Shown piece by piece: positions 1 to 9,989 of a DNA stretch of 64,000 nucleotides (positions are counted from its first letter, which is position 1; each line of letters starts with the position of its first letter). The notes under the pieces are model-generated. The model made no database searches. It worked only from the letters and a program-made list of their open reading frames with translations, and had not been told where the DNA came from. The translations under genes and the position numbers were made by a program. Source of the DNA: Setoptus koraiensis (Eukaryota > Animalia > Arthropoda). The stretch lies in NCBI GenBank assembly GCA_048013815.1, contig CM106585.1, positions 4,774,001 through 4,838,000 of the forward strand, in the 5' to 3' direction.

Positions 1-100
1 ATGGTAGCACTATTGGATCACTCAGGAGATGAGCCAGTCATGCTCTTCATCAAGCACGGACTTAAGGAAGTAAAATATTAACATTTAGCATCATCTAGCG

Positions 101-469
101 TTGATTAATGATCGCTTGTTTCAGCCTATCAATCATATATCGCTTATCGCGTGGTTTGTGGATATTAGAATGGGATCTGCACTGGGATATGCCGTTAAAT
201 ATTAGCCGAGCGCCAACTCTTGTGCGATCAGTAGCGGTTGCACTGACGGCATCGATTTGGCTTATGCTATCAAGTTGCATGGGCTAGGCTACAATTTGCT
301 AATGACTGGTCGCAATCAATCAAAGAAAGTGTCAGAGATAAGATAGACGCGAACAATAACAACCAGCAAATTGAGTTACATGCAGCAGACTTCTGTCACC
401 TTAATATTTATGATGACATCAGAGCTGAAATCAGGAGAATAGTCACACAAAACAACGAACGGATAGATG
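101..469 (+). pseudogene. Truncated, frameshifted tandem copy of the 5' part of the HSD17B12-like SDR gene
   Basis: Colinear DNA match to ~1550-1920 (e.g. ggttgcactgacggcatcg, aacaataacaaccagcaaattgagttacatgcagcagacttctgtca). A 1-nt deletion near 160 and a further deletion near 325; the TGCTDGIG motif reads SGCTDGID; similarity stops before the catalytic YxxxK. Confidence 0.85.
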
Positions 470-1514
470 AAATTTTGAACGAATCATGTCTCCTTGCTCA
501 TCGTAAACAGGAGGATTCGACAAGACCAGAGTGGGGTCTAAACTGGTATATCATGCTCAGGAGGTTTCCCTTGTTAGAGGTGGACCTGTTTCCTTCTTTG
601 AGTCGCTTATGAAACCATCCATTGAGGCACTTTTTAGAAGTGAGTGCTATCGTCTGCAGAGAAAATGATGTATTTCGGCAAATCATGAATGTAACATATA
701 CATATGTCACAATACCACTGATTCGAGATGGTTGTGATATTACACGTTCGTTGTGGCTAATTAAAGATCATCATTTTGTTTTTTTTATATCAAAAAATTG
801 TCGAAATATTCAGTGAATTTCAACTTTAATCACTTGAATTGATATCCAGAAGTAGAGTAAGGACGTCTAAATTCAGTTCGAAAAATTTATGTGATTGTTG
901 CAAAAGCTGTTTTTCAGATGGATTTTTGATAGACCCTTTCTTTGTCAGCTATAATTTTGTGAAAGGTTCTGTGGGTGGAAAAAAGGTTTACCTTGCAAGA
1001 GGGGAACAGTTACCTGCTTCCGTTAGACCAACCTTGACCTCGTGTACTCCCTGCAAGTATCACCACGCTGTAAAATGAAATGATTTATATTTGAACTTTC
1101 GCATATGTCCATTCCATGAAATGTCGCCTCAATCTGAGAAATTTGCCTCTCGTGAAACATGTCGGTCGATCATTGAACGACAGATATTCATCTCATAACT
1201 CATACTTCAATCAATTTGATTAAGTCACCTTCTTTCCTTGTGGGTGAAGCACATAAACTATGTAATATTATTCGCAGTGTGAACATATAAATATTATGAG
1301 TACGATGTGCGAATATGTTCATGTCCTCATAAGTTGCTGTTTACTATTATGCTCGTTTTCAATGTCCAAAGCTTGATAATTGCTGCTGTAGCCCTTTCAA
1401 CTTTGCCACTTTTTATTGACTCGTTGTCGATGCCATTCCGTCGTCCGAGTATAGATCGCACGTTGAAACAAGTGCAGGGACCAAACACACAGTATTAACA
1501 AAACTTGAGCAAAA

Positions 1515-2480
1515 ATGCAAACTCTTTGTATCATAAATGGGGCCGGCTGGTTGATAATCGCTTATTTTTCCCTGTCCATCATATATCGATTATTGCGTGG
1601 CCTGTGGATATTCAAATTGGGATCCGCACTGGGATATTCCGTCAAATTTAAGCCTCGTGCAAATTCTTGGGCGATCATTACCGGTTGCACTGACGGCATC
1701 GGTTTGGCTTATGCTAATAAGTTTCACAAGCTTGGCTACAATTTGCTATTGATTAGTCGCAGTCAATCAAAATTAGAAATCGTCAGAGATCAGATGAACG
1801 CAAACAATAACAACCAGCAAATTGAGTTACATGCAGCAGACTTCTGTCATCTTAATATCTATGATAACATCGGAGCTGAAATTAGGAGGATAGTCACACA
1901 ATACAACGGTCGTATAGATGTTTTAATCAACAATGTGGGCATGTTCTATGATGAACCCGATATCTTTCTCTCACCCAAAGTGACAAGACACAACGAAATA
2001 ATGATCAACGTAAACAGTGTTTCATGCTACAAAATGACCTCACTAATATTACCCTATATGCTTGAACAGGGTCACGGTACAATATTGAACATTTCATCTT
2101 TCACTGCGATGTGCCCGAGTCCACTGATATCCATTTATGCTGCCTCAAAATCCTTCGTCGATATATTTAGTCGCTCTATAGCTTTAGAGTATTATAGCAA
2201 GAATATTATGATACAGTCTGTTGTAGCAGGCTTCGTTGTCACCAAGATGCCTAAATTGAGAAAAACAAATTTATTTGCACCATCAGCTGAGGATTTCGTG
2301 GAATCACATTTGAGAACTGTCGGCCTCGTGACCAGGACGACAGGTTATTGGTCGCACGAGATCATGGCCTACTTTGTTGAACGTATCATACCGATGGTAT
2401 TTGGAAATAACATAACACCCACAATTATATACAATCTAGGCAACAGGATCTTGAGAGGCGAGAGGTTGAACATAGGATAG
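1515..2480 (+). CDS. HSD17B12: Very-long-chain 3-oxoacyl-CoA reductase / 17-beta-hydroxysteroid dehydrogenase 12-like SDR, intronless, 321 aa
   Basis: N-terminal hydrophobic anchor, WAIITGCTDGIG Rossmann motif, LINNVG, NISS, catalytic YAASK and GFVVTKM, all typical of the HSD17B12/KAR family. Confidence 0.88.
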   Translation: MQTLCIINGAGWLIIAYFSLSIIYRLLRGLWIFKLGSALGYSVKFKPRANSWAIITGCTDGIGLAYANKFHKLGYNLLLISRSQSKLEIVRDQMNANNNNQQIELHAADFCHLNIYDNIGAEIRRIVTQYNGRIDVLINNVGMFYDEPDIFLSPKVTRHNEIMINVNSVSCYKMTSLILPYMLEQGHGTILNISSFTAMCPSPLISIYAASKSFVDIFSRSIALEYYSKNIMIQSVVAGFVVTKMPKLRKTNLFAPSAEDFVESHLRTVGLVTRTTGYWSHEIMAYFVERIIPMVFGNNITPTIIYNLGNRILRGERLNIG

Positions 2481-3075
2481 TTTTTGGACGTGTCTCACCG
2501 CCAAACTCACCTTGAGATTGGAGATAGAGTCTTTCTATACGTACCACTTGTATACGCCCGAATGCACGAATATAACAAATTATTAACTGATTTGAAACCA
2601 CCAATGAAGAGGCAATGCAACAGGTCTGCCGAAAGACTCCCAATGCTTGTTGTCTCAAAACAGATAGCTGATTGTTTTTCTTTTTCATATCCACAAAAGA
2701 TGGTTTGTGGGGAAAGATTTGAGCTCGCGTTTGCAAAAGTTTACAAGAAATTGGACAGGGTCAAACACAGTGAAAAAATTAAAAAAAACTTGATATGAAC
2801 AGTACGGTAGATTGATTTATGACTAAATTTTATTTGACCTAGGGCTCGTAAGATACTACAGATGGAGACACACTAGCTGTGAGAGATTGTGTGCGCAGAC
2901 CGAATAGTAAATGTACAATATTAAAAACCTCATTCAATGAGTTATTAGGGGTCAATTCTCCAAGTTTTAGGGACTATTTCAGTTCTAGGGTTAAAAGGTC
3001 ATTGTTAATGATGGTAAAAGAATGATGTAATGTCCTTGCGATTGGTTGGCTATGTGAGGCCTGTCAGTGGGAGAT

Positions 3076-4086
3076 CTATTCACATACCTTCAGAGCTTCG
3101 TCTCTCTCCTCGAGCAACTCTTTGCTTGTGAGTTCTATTCTAGCTTTAGCGAATTCGTCAAGATGAAAACTTTCATCTACTGACCAATCTCTAGTATCGG
3201 GATCGATTCTAACTGGCATGCTAAAAAAGACATCCCTTGGCGAGCCATACTGACCCTCAGAAAGTACGGCCATAGAGACCGGGTCCTGAGTACCCCTAAA
3301 CCAATCGCGCATATGGTCAGAGGCGGCCTTGGCCGCCGACATGGCAGACGACAGGTGCCTGGCATGGATTACGTCAGCGCCTCTATTTTGAATGAGCTTG
3401 ATAAACTGTGTGTCATGTTGGGTGAATGGCAACCTGCGACCCATGTAGGTGGCCGCACTAACATCGGGAAATTGAGTTGACGAGTGGTTGCCCCAGATGA
3501 TTACATTTTTGACTAGAGAGACATTTTCAATATTGTTCGCCTTGGCGACCTGATGAGCGGCTCTATTTTGATCAAGACGAGTGAGTGCCGAGAAGTTTTT
3601 GGCAGGTATTCTAGGCGCCGCGTACCTAGAGGCTATCAAAGCGTTGGTGTTGGCGGGATTACCAACAACTAACACTTTAACAGTGGATTTTGAGTATTTG
3701 GCTAGAGCTTGTCCTTGTGATTTGAATATTTTGACATTGGCAGCAAGCAAGTCTTTACGTTCCATGCCTTCTTGGCGCCGCATAGCACCAACTAAAAAGG
3801 CTGCGTCGATGTCTTTAAAAGCTATGGCTTCATCAACATATTCACCAATGTGTTTGACGAGTCCATAGGCACAATCTTCAATTTCCATGACTATACCATC
3901 AAATGCTCCCCTAGGCGGAGGCACAGCCAATAGATTTAATATGACAGGTTGGTCATCGCCAAAAACCTCACCGCTAGCGACTAACGGTATGAGAGAGTAG
4001 GCGATTTGTCCAGTGGCGCCAGTAATGAGTACACGGATGGGCTCCTTTTCGTAGGTAGGCCTGCTCTGTGGTGATAATGATGACAT
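3076..4086 (-). CDS. MDH1: Cytosolic malate dehydrogenase, intronless, 336 aa
   Basis: EPIRVLITGATGQIAYSL, LVGAMRRQEGMERKDLLAANVKIFKSQG, VLVVGNPANTN, ALTRLDQNRA and IIWGNHSSTQFPD match MDH1 signatures. Confidence 0.97.
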   Translation of the reverse strand: MSSLSPQSRPTYEKEPIRVLITGATGQIAYSLIPLVASGEVFGDDQPVILNLLAVPPPRGAFDGIVMEIEDCAYGLVKHIGEYVDEAIAFKDIDAAFLVGAMRRQEGMERKDLLAANVKIFKSQGQALAKYSKSTVKVLVVGNPANTNALIASRYAAPRIPAKNFSALTRLDQNRAAHQVAKANNIENVSLVKNVIIWGNHSSTQFPDVSAATYMGRRLPFTQHDTQFIKLIQNRGADVIHARHLSSAMSAAKAASDHMRDWFRGTQDPVSMAVLSEGQYGSPRDVFFSMPVRIDPDTRDWSVDESFHLDEFAKARIELTSKELLEERDEALKVCE

Positions 4087-4390
4087 GATGATAGTGCTGT
4101 CAATGTGGATATGTAATAAGGGTGACGTTGACTAGTTTCTGACAGATTGTTATTTATGTTGGCGACTTTATGATGGCGACTTTATGTGGTAATGATGTAT
4201 GACTGATTGACCGGTTCAATTACCAGACTGATGTGATGGAGATGAATGAATGACATCAATTCATTGACTGAACGGGCTTTTTATTGTCTCACTCATTGCG
4301 AGCTCACAACTACTGAAGATGGGCAAGGGGCTGATAACAATCAATTAGTGGGAAAGACAGGTGATGGTTAAGATATTACAATTGGTCCAA

Positions 4391-4430
4391 TTCTAGTGCA
4401 ACTAACAATCGATTGTTAGTTGCACTAGAA
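4391..4430. repeat. Perfect 40-bp palindrome with no spacer
   Basis: TTCTAGTGCAACTAACAATC followed directly by GATTGTTAGTTGCACTAGAA, its exact reverse complement. Confidence 0.95.
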
Positions 4431-5302
4431 AGGAGGCTATTGTTAAATGTGTCAACTATCAGCACTATTGAGGAAGTGCAGGCTGGAGTGCGGTACCGTA
4501 CCCGAGATTGGTGGTATACCGACGGGTAGTGGGGATGACAGCGCGGACAAGTCTAAATCTGCTTATAATACCCACAGTGAAAAATCCTTGCCGGACGACA
4601 CTTCACATTGTGAAATTCACACATTGGTTTTCTAATACGTAATACGTAATAAGTAGGTGAAGCGCAGTTCTCCTACAACCGGAAGAACGATCTGCTCAAA
4701 ACAATCCAAGTATTTACGGACATATGGCGCCACTTCATGCCACCCTTAGCCACTTTAGATCACCGCCAAAACGGGAGAAACGCACAACTATCTGACATAT
4801 ATGCCATTTCAATAGTTTCACAGGAAAAAAAATTGTTTGTTCTTGCCAGTTTCTGACATGGAGCGAACCATGTCCACCGCTATCGACAAACTCGGCGCCG
4901 ACTAACAACACTATACCATTTCTATCAACACGCTACGAAAAAGAACTCAGACGAAGATTCTTCACCGATAGTGGGACTATACGAAGAACGGTCCCATTCC
5001 AATCGCCTATGGCCAATTAAGTTAATTGATATACCAATCAATCAGTATTCGGGCAGAAAAAACACTCGCGCGGCGAGCGAAAATTTTCAAATTTAGCGCG
5101 CGAGCTTGTTGAGTACATCTGACTATGCTTTGTGTTAGGCAAATAAATATTCATATTGGCGTCATGTGTGCACTAAATCCTGTGCCGAAACTATTTTCAG
5201 AATTGACCTTCTCAGGATCATCTCAAAGAAATAGTAAAGTTCTTTGTGAAATTGACTCGTGTTACCCCTTATTATATCACATCAGTTGCTATCATTAGTA
5301 AA

Positions 5303-5683
5303 ATGGCCAACTTATTCAAGGCGCTGACCTCGTCGGCGAGAAATGTGGTGGCGAAACGTCATTTATCATCGGAAAGTCTTGTCAACCTGAAAAGACCCCA
5401 GCCTCCATCTAGATACAAGCTGGAACGCAGACGTGTAACAATGGAGGATCTTATGGAGCCATACGGTTCATGGAAGGAGGCCTACGCGAAAGATAATCGC
5501 AAGGGAAATCTCGCACTAATCAAGGGGTTCACAACTCTCTCACTAACGCTCTTAATATTCTTTCAAAGTGGCATCACTGATGAATTGATGATGCCCAATC
5601 TGGATAACATCATTGCGGACACCGACAAATACAATGAGGAAATGTACGGCATCGACAAAACCGATAGACGCACTCTTCAATAA
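5303..5683 (+). CDS. Small mitochondrial membrane protein, prag01/Deltameth_res domain (COX7B-like in insects), 126 aa
   Basis: Arg/Ser-rich transit-like N-terminus MANLFKALTSSARNVVAKRHLSS. The core TMEDLMEPYGSWKEAYAKDNRKGNLALIKG followed by one TM helix resembles the T-x-x-D-L-P-x-P-x-G-S-W motif of prag01-domain proteins. First ATG at 5303. Confidence 0.6.
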   Translation: MANLFKALTSSARNVVAKRHLSSESLVNLKRPQPPSRYKLERRRVTMEDLMEPYGSWKEAYAKDNRKGNLALIKGFTTLSLTLLIFFQSGITDELMMPNLDNIIADTDKYNEEMYGIDKTDRRTLQ

Positions 5684-5767
5684 TTAGAACTATTACCGTG
5701 TTATTAAATTGTTCTATTGCAGATCATAATAATATCTCATCTTTATTTAGTAGTCTAGTGTTAGTAA

Positions 5768-6580
5768 CTATTGATTTGAAAAATAAACTCTTGTATTTGA
5801 CACTTCAACGTATCGCCAAATGAGCGATGAGCCTCGTCGAAGAGCGCCCAGTCTGCTGAGATGGGCATAGCATTTCAACCAGTCTTCAAATTTGGGGTTC
5901 GTCTTGCCGTTATCTGCCATCACAGTTGTGACAACATTCAATGGGTAAAGCAGTGTTGATACTAGAAGCTGTGGCGCTCGTGCAATAATGTGTTGCTCAA
6001 TTGAGGGGCGATTTTTGAAGTATTTTCGTGTCAGGCTCCAGCTAATTTTAACTGCCCAAACGGTTGCAACCTCCACCAGTATCTTAGGTACTATGCCACT
6101 GTAGAGCTCTTTGAATAGCAGGACACCTCTAGTGTCGAAGAAATATGAAGTAATATAGCTTACACCAAGAGTGAATATTGGGTATGTTATGAGCGTTGTT
6201 TGAACCTTTATGCAGCTCTCTCTCATGGCCTGATATACGAGATCATCGAGATCCTCACTAGTGTCGTCACCGCCGTCGGATTTTGTTTGTTTCTTGTTTG
6301 GCCACATTAAATCTAACGAATTGTAGGTGATTTTCTGGGCAATCACATAGGTCAACTGAAATGGCAGACCGGTGTACATGGCACAGAATCCCCTATCGTT
6401 TTTGATAAAGCGAAGATATCCCACAATAGAGGGATATCGTCCATCGGTCGGCTTTAGGGGCTCATAGCCTAACTGCATGAGTGTTCTGGCTAAATAAACG
6501 GGGTATCCGGCGACAGTACACGCCACCAGTTCGTTGAGATTGTCAAACATGGACATGGCGATATTGTTGCTGAAATTCAT
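5768..6580 (-). CDS. MTCH2: Mitochondrial carrier homolog (MTCH1/2-like), intronless, 270 aa
   Basis: YPVYLARTLMQLGYEPLKP, GYLRFIKNDRGFCAMYTGL, LYSGIVPKIL, YPLNVVTTVMA and LRRGSSLIWRYV align with MTCH motifs. First in-frame ATG at 6580. Confidence 0.85.
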   Translation of the reverse strand: MNFSNNIAMSMFDNLNELVACTVAGYPVYLARTLMQLGYEPLKPTDGRYPSIVGYLRFIKNDRGFCAMYTGLPFQLTYVIAQKITYNSLDLMWPNKKQTKSDGGDDTSEDLDDLVYQAMRESCIKVQTTLITYPIFTLGVSYITSYFFDTRGVLLFKELYSGIVPKILVEVATVWAVKISWSLTRKYFKNRPSIEQHIIARAPQLLVSTLLYPLNVVTTVMADNGKTNPKFEDWLKCYAHLSRLGALRRGSSLIWRYVEVSNTRVYFSNQ

Positions 6581-7133
6581 ATCGGTATAGTGGTATAAAT
6601 TGGTATTTGTTGTCGGAGTTATTTTTGTTAAATTGCATGCCACTTGCAAAACAAAAATATACTCGTTAGCCGTGTGATCATGGCTACGCTCTGCTGAGCG
6701 CACCAATCCGCGCACAAATAACAAATTTTACAAGCTTTTGTAGTTGTTAGAAATGCGCAGTTTATGAGCACAGCAGATTATAATGCAATTTGTCGATACA
6801 CTCTCACGCATATGTTTGTAGCTGATTTTTTTAGTTTGTTAATATCAATACTAGCTGTTGTTTCATTATCATCATAACCACTATGTTGACACCACCTCAC
6901 CCAATTAGATTATCTATTTTTACAACAATAATGACGAACCACAGTTGGTGATCATAGCAATAGATTTCATGGATCAGATAGACAAACATAGGGACAAACG
7001 CTCACACAACCATTGATAATATTACAGGTGTACAACAAATTATTATTAAATTTATTTTTATATCCATATCATCATTATCATTAGAATCAGGGAAGAGGGG
7101 ACAGTTTTAACATTATTGTATCACTCGCGTGGC

Positions 7134-9643
7134 ATGGGCAGCAACGTTGCCAGTAAACTAAACGACATAATGAGATCTCAAGAAGACACACAACAGCAAC
7201 AACAGACCACTATTAGTCAAGATGAGGTTGTTTCAGAGACTAAGACAGTTGTTCAGGGATTGGAGACGTTGAATAGCGAATATTGCTCCATGTTAAATAG
7301 TATTACGTCCACATTAAAGACTGTCCAATCAGAAACGGACGCCCAAGACTCGCATTATTTGCTTAAGGTGGAGAAGGCAAAAATAATTGAAAAGAGCATT
7401 GAATCAATAAGACTTGGCTTAAGCGAGGCCTCTGTTATGATTGCCCTCTCGCAGCATTTGCAGGCTGTCGATGCGGAAAAACACAAATTAAAAGCTCAAT
7501 GCAAACGATTGAGCCAAGAGAACCAGTGGCTCAGAGATGAGCTGTCTGACACCCAACGAAAATTGTTAGAGGTGGAAAAAGAGAAAATATCTTTAGAACA
7601 GAACAACGAACATCTCAAATTTATGAACACACTGAAAAAACTAGACGGCGAAACTAGCATTGGCACTGGCAATGGATCTAACAGGAGTACAACTGATGCA
7701 ACCGCTATTAATAAGAATGTTTCTGATAGTGAATCAGCTTTAGACTTAGGTTTCCCCTATGATTATGACGTGCAACAACAAAGTATCAATCCTGCCGAGA
7801 ATATCACAGCAGTCTCGGCTGCCGGTTGTGAAGTTCCACAGAAAATTCGTACATTACACAATCTAGTGATAAGATATGCGCAAAATAAACGCTATGAAGT
7901 AGCCGTGCCATTATGTAAACAAGCCCTCGAGGATCTGGAGAAGACGGAAACATTGGGCTGCGAGCATCCGGCCTATGCCATGATGTTGAATGTTTTAGCG
8001 CTTGTTTATCGTGACCAGAGGATGTATTCGGAGGCCGCCATACTTTTAAACCAGGCCCTACGCATCAGGGAGAAAACACTGGGTGAAAATGACCCAGCTG
8101 TTGCAGCAACTTTAAACAATCTCGCAGTGCTCTATGGGAAACAACTGCAATACGACATAGCCGAACCTCTCTGCAAGAGAGCCCTCGATATCAGAGAGAA
8201 AAGCTTCGGGCCTGAGCACCCGGTTGTGGCAAAACAATTAAATAACCTGGCCTTGCTGTGTCAGAATATGAACAAACACGCAGAGGTCGAAGAATACTAC
8301 AGTAGGGCGTTGAGCATTTATGAAAAAGCTTTAGGGCCCAACGACCCATCGGTATCTAAAACTAAGAGTAATCTGGCCTCATGCCTCTTGAAGCAAGGCA
8401 AATATACTGAGGCTGAAGAACTGTACAAACAAATGTTAACGCAAGCTCACGAAAATACCTTTGGTAAAATAGACAACAATAATAAGCCCATATGGCAAGT
8501 GGCTGAAGAACGAGAAAAGATCAAAGCCGAGAAGAAAGAAATTCCTCCGCCCGAATTAGAGCAAGGACAAATTCCAGTATTGGATATTAAGTAAGTATCA
8601 GGTGCAATCAGTCCTTTATTTCAGTATACATTCTAATCAAACAAACTAGACAATCAAATCGGCCATCATATACTTGATCTAACATCAAAAACCTATGTCA
8701 TTCCCTCAATATCGCCCCTATCTGTAAATTGGTCCCAACTGCCCCTTCTGCATCATTTATTCCTTCGATAATATTGTAATGTTAACGCTTTCATAATATA
8801 CATTACTGTAGCGACATTGCTGTAACAGGCCCTCTGAAACACCTTGGCGCTCTTTATAGACGTCAAGGCAAGAATGAGGCGGCTGACACTCTAGATTTAT
8901 GCGCCTCACGGACAAGAGCAGAGGTACCAGAAAGATAACCCTGAATTTAACTCTAAGACTGACCGACGGCCTACTGTGTCTCTAAATCTTTACTAGGTTA
9001 ATGTTTTCTGGTTAGTTCTTCCCTGAAGACTGAAAAATTTTAGCACAAGACATGAATTACGGCATATATCTCAGAATAGCTGTCGCTCCCCAGGAATAAT
9101 TATGTTAAACTTTATATATGAATATATATATATAAATCGTGCAATAAGAGATAAAATTGAGTAAGGCTATAGTATTTTAAAGATAGATAGGTAATATTGA
9201 CGGCGTAACTGTTAGTCATAACGATTAGATATCCTGATAGGTATTTGAACATTCCTAAACGAATTGTGAGTCCTATATTGTTGCGCCCGTCTATATCGAG
9301 TCCTGATTACTGTCGCCTCAGAACATACAAATTCCTCAGCTCAACCGGGAGAGCACATTCTCTCCTAGCCTACTCAATGTTTTTTGTGTATTAGAAAAGG
9401 TATTCGGTCTTGGAGAGCATCGCACAACATCAACTACTACTACTACTACTAACAACATCTAAAATGTTATTCTGACTGCAGGTCTCGCTCGATGAATCAG
9501 ACAACTATTTTCCCTCGCCGATAGAGAGAAACCGTTCCGTTATCTCCAAAGAATCAATTCTCTATGAAGCCAATAATAGTAATAATAAACAATTTGTCTT
9601 TAAGTCAAAAATTTACGCGGCTCTTGGTTTTTCATGCGATTGA
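7134..9643 (+). CDS. Klc: Kinesin light chain, 3 exons: 7134-8590, 8812-8923, 9482-9643 (576 aa)
   Basis: SQDEVVSETKTVVQGLE heptad region, AEKHKLKAQCKRLSQENQWLRDEL and TPR repeats (HPAYAMMLNVLALVYRDQ, LNNLAVLYGK). Two frame-preserving GT-AG introns restore LKHLGALYRRQGK and a FKSKIYAALGF tail. Confidence 0.93.
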
Positions 9644-9989
9644 ATAATACTGGAGCGTAACAAGACTCACCGGAAGATTGCATATAAAAATGTGACGACC
9701 CTGGAATGGTGACACTCGTCTGGTAGATACAGTGTAATACAGTAAATTTCCAGTTGTTTATGCACACGGTTTTACTGCACTTTCAAAATCAAAATCACAA
9801 TCATACAGATGTGTCGAAAACGATAATAGATAACTTCGTTAGTCGATATCTGTCCAAGAGGTAATCTGTCTAGTTCACATGTTTCAAATAGACCGTAACT
9901 TCCTTTCGCCAGACAGATGTGTGCACAATCCAGACTGTGTAATAATTAGTAATCAAATAAAATTAGAACAATAACAAACAAAATCTGCA

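Noticed and set aside
2484-2798. ORF with LEIGDRVFLYVP, reminiscent of a gypsy integrase tail
   Set aside because: The downstream KL..W.GP motif is absent, and there are no LTRs or other pol domains.
5768-6724. Longer 318-aa version of the MTCH ORF, and non-ATG starts given for KLC, prag01-like, FASN and GR-like genes
   Set aside because: The track uses TTG/GTG starts, which is inappropriate for an animal gene; the first in-frame ATG was used instead.
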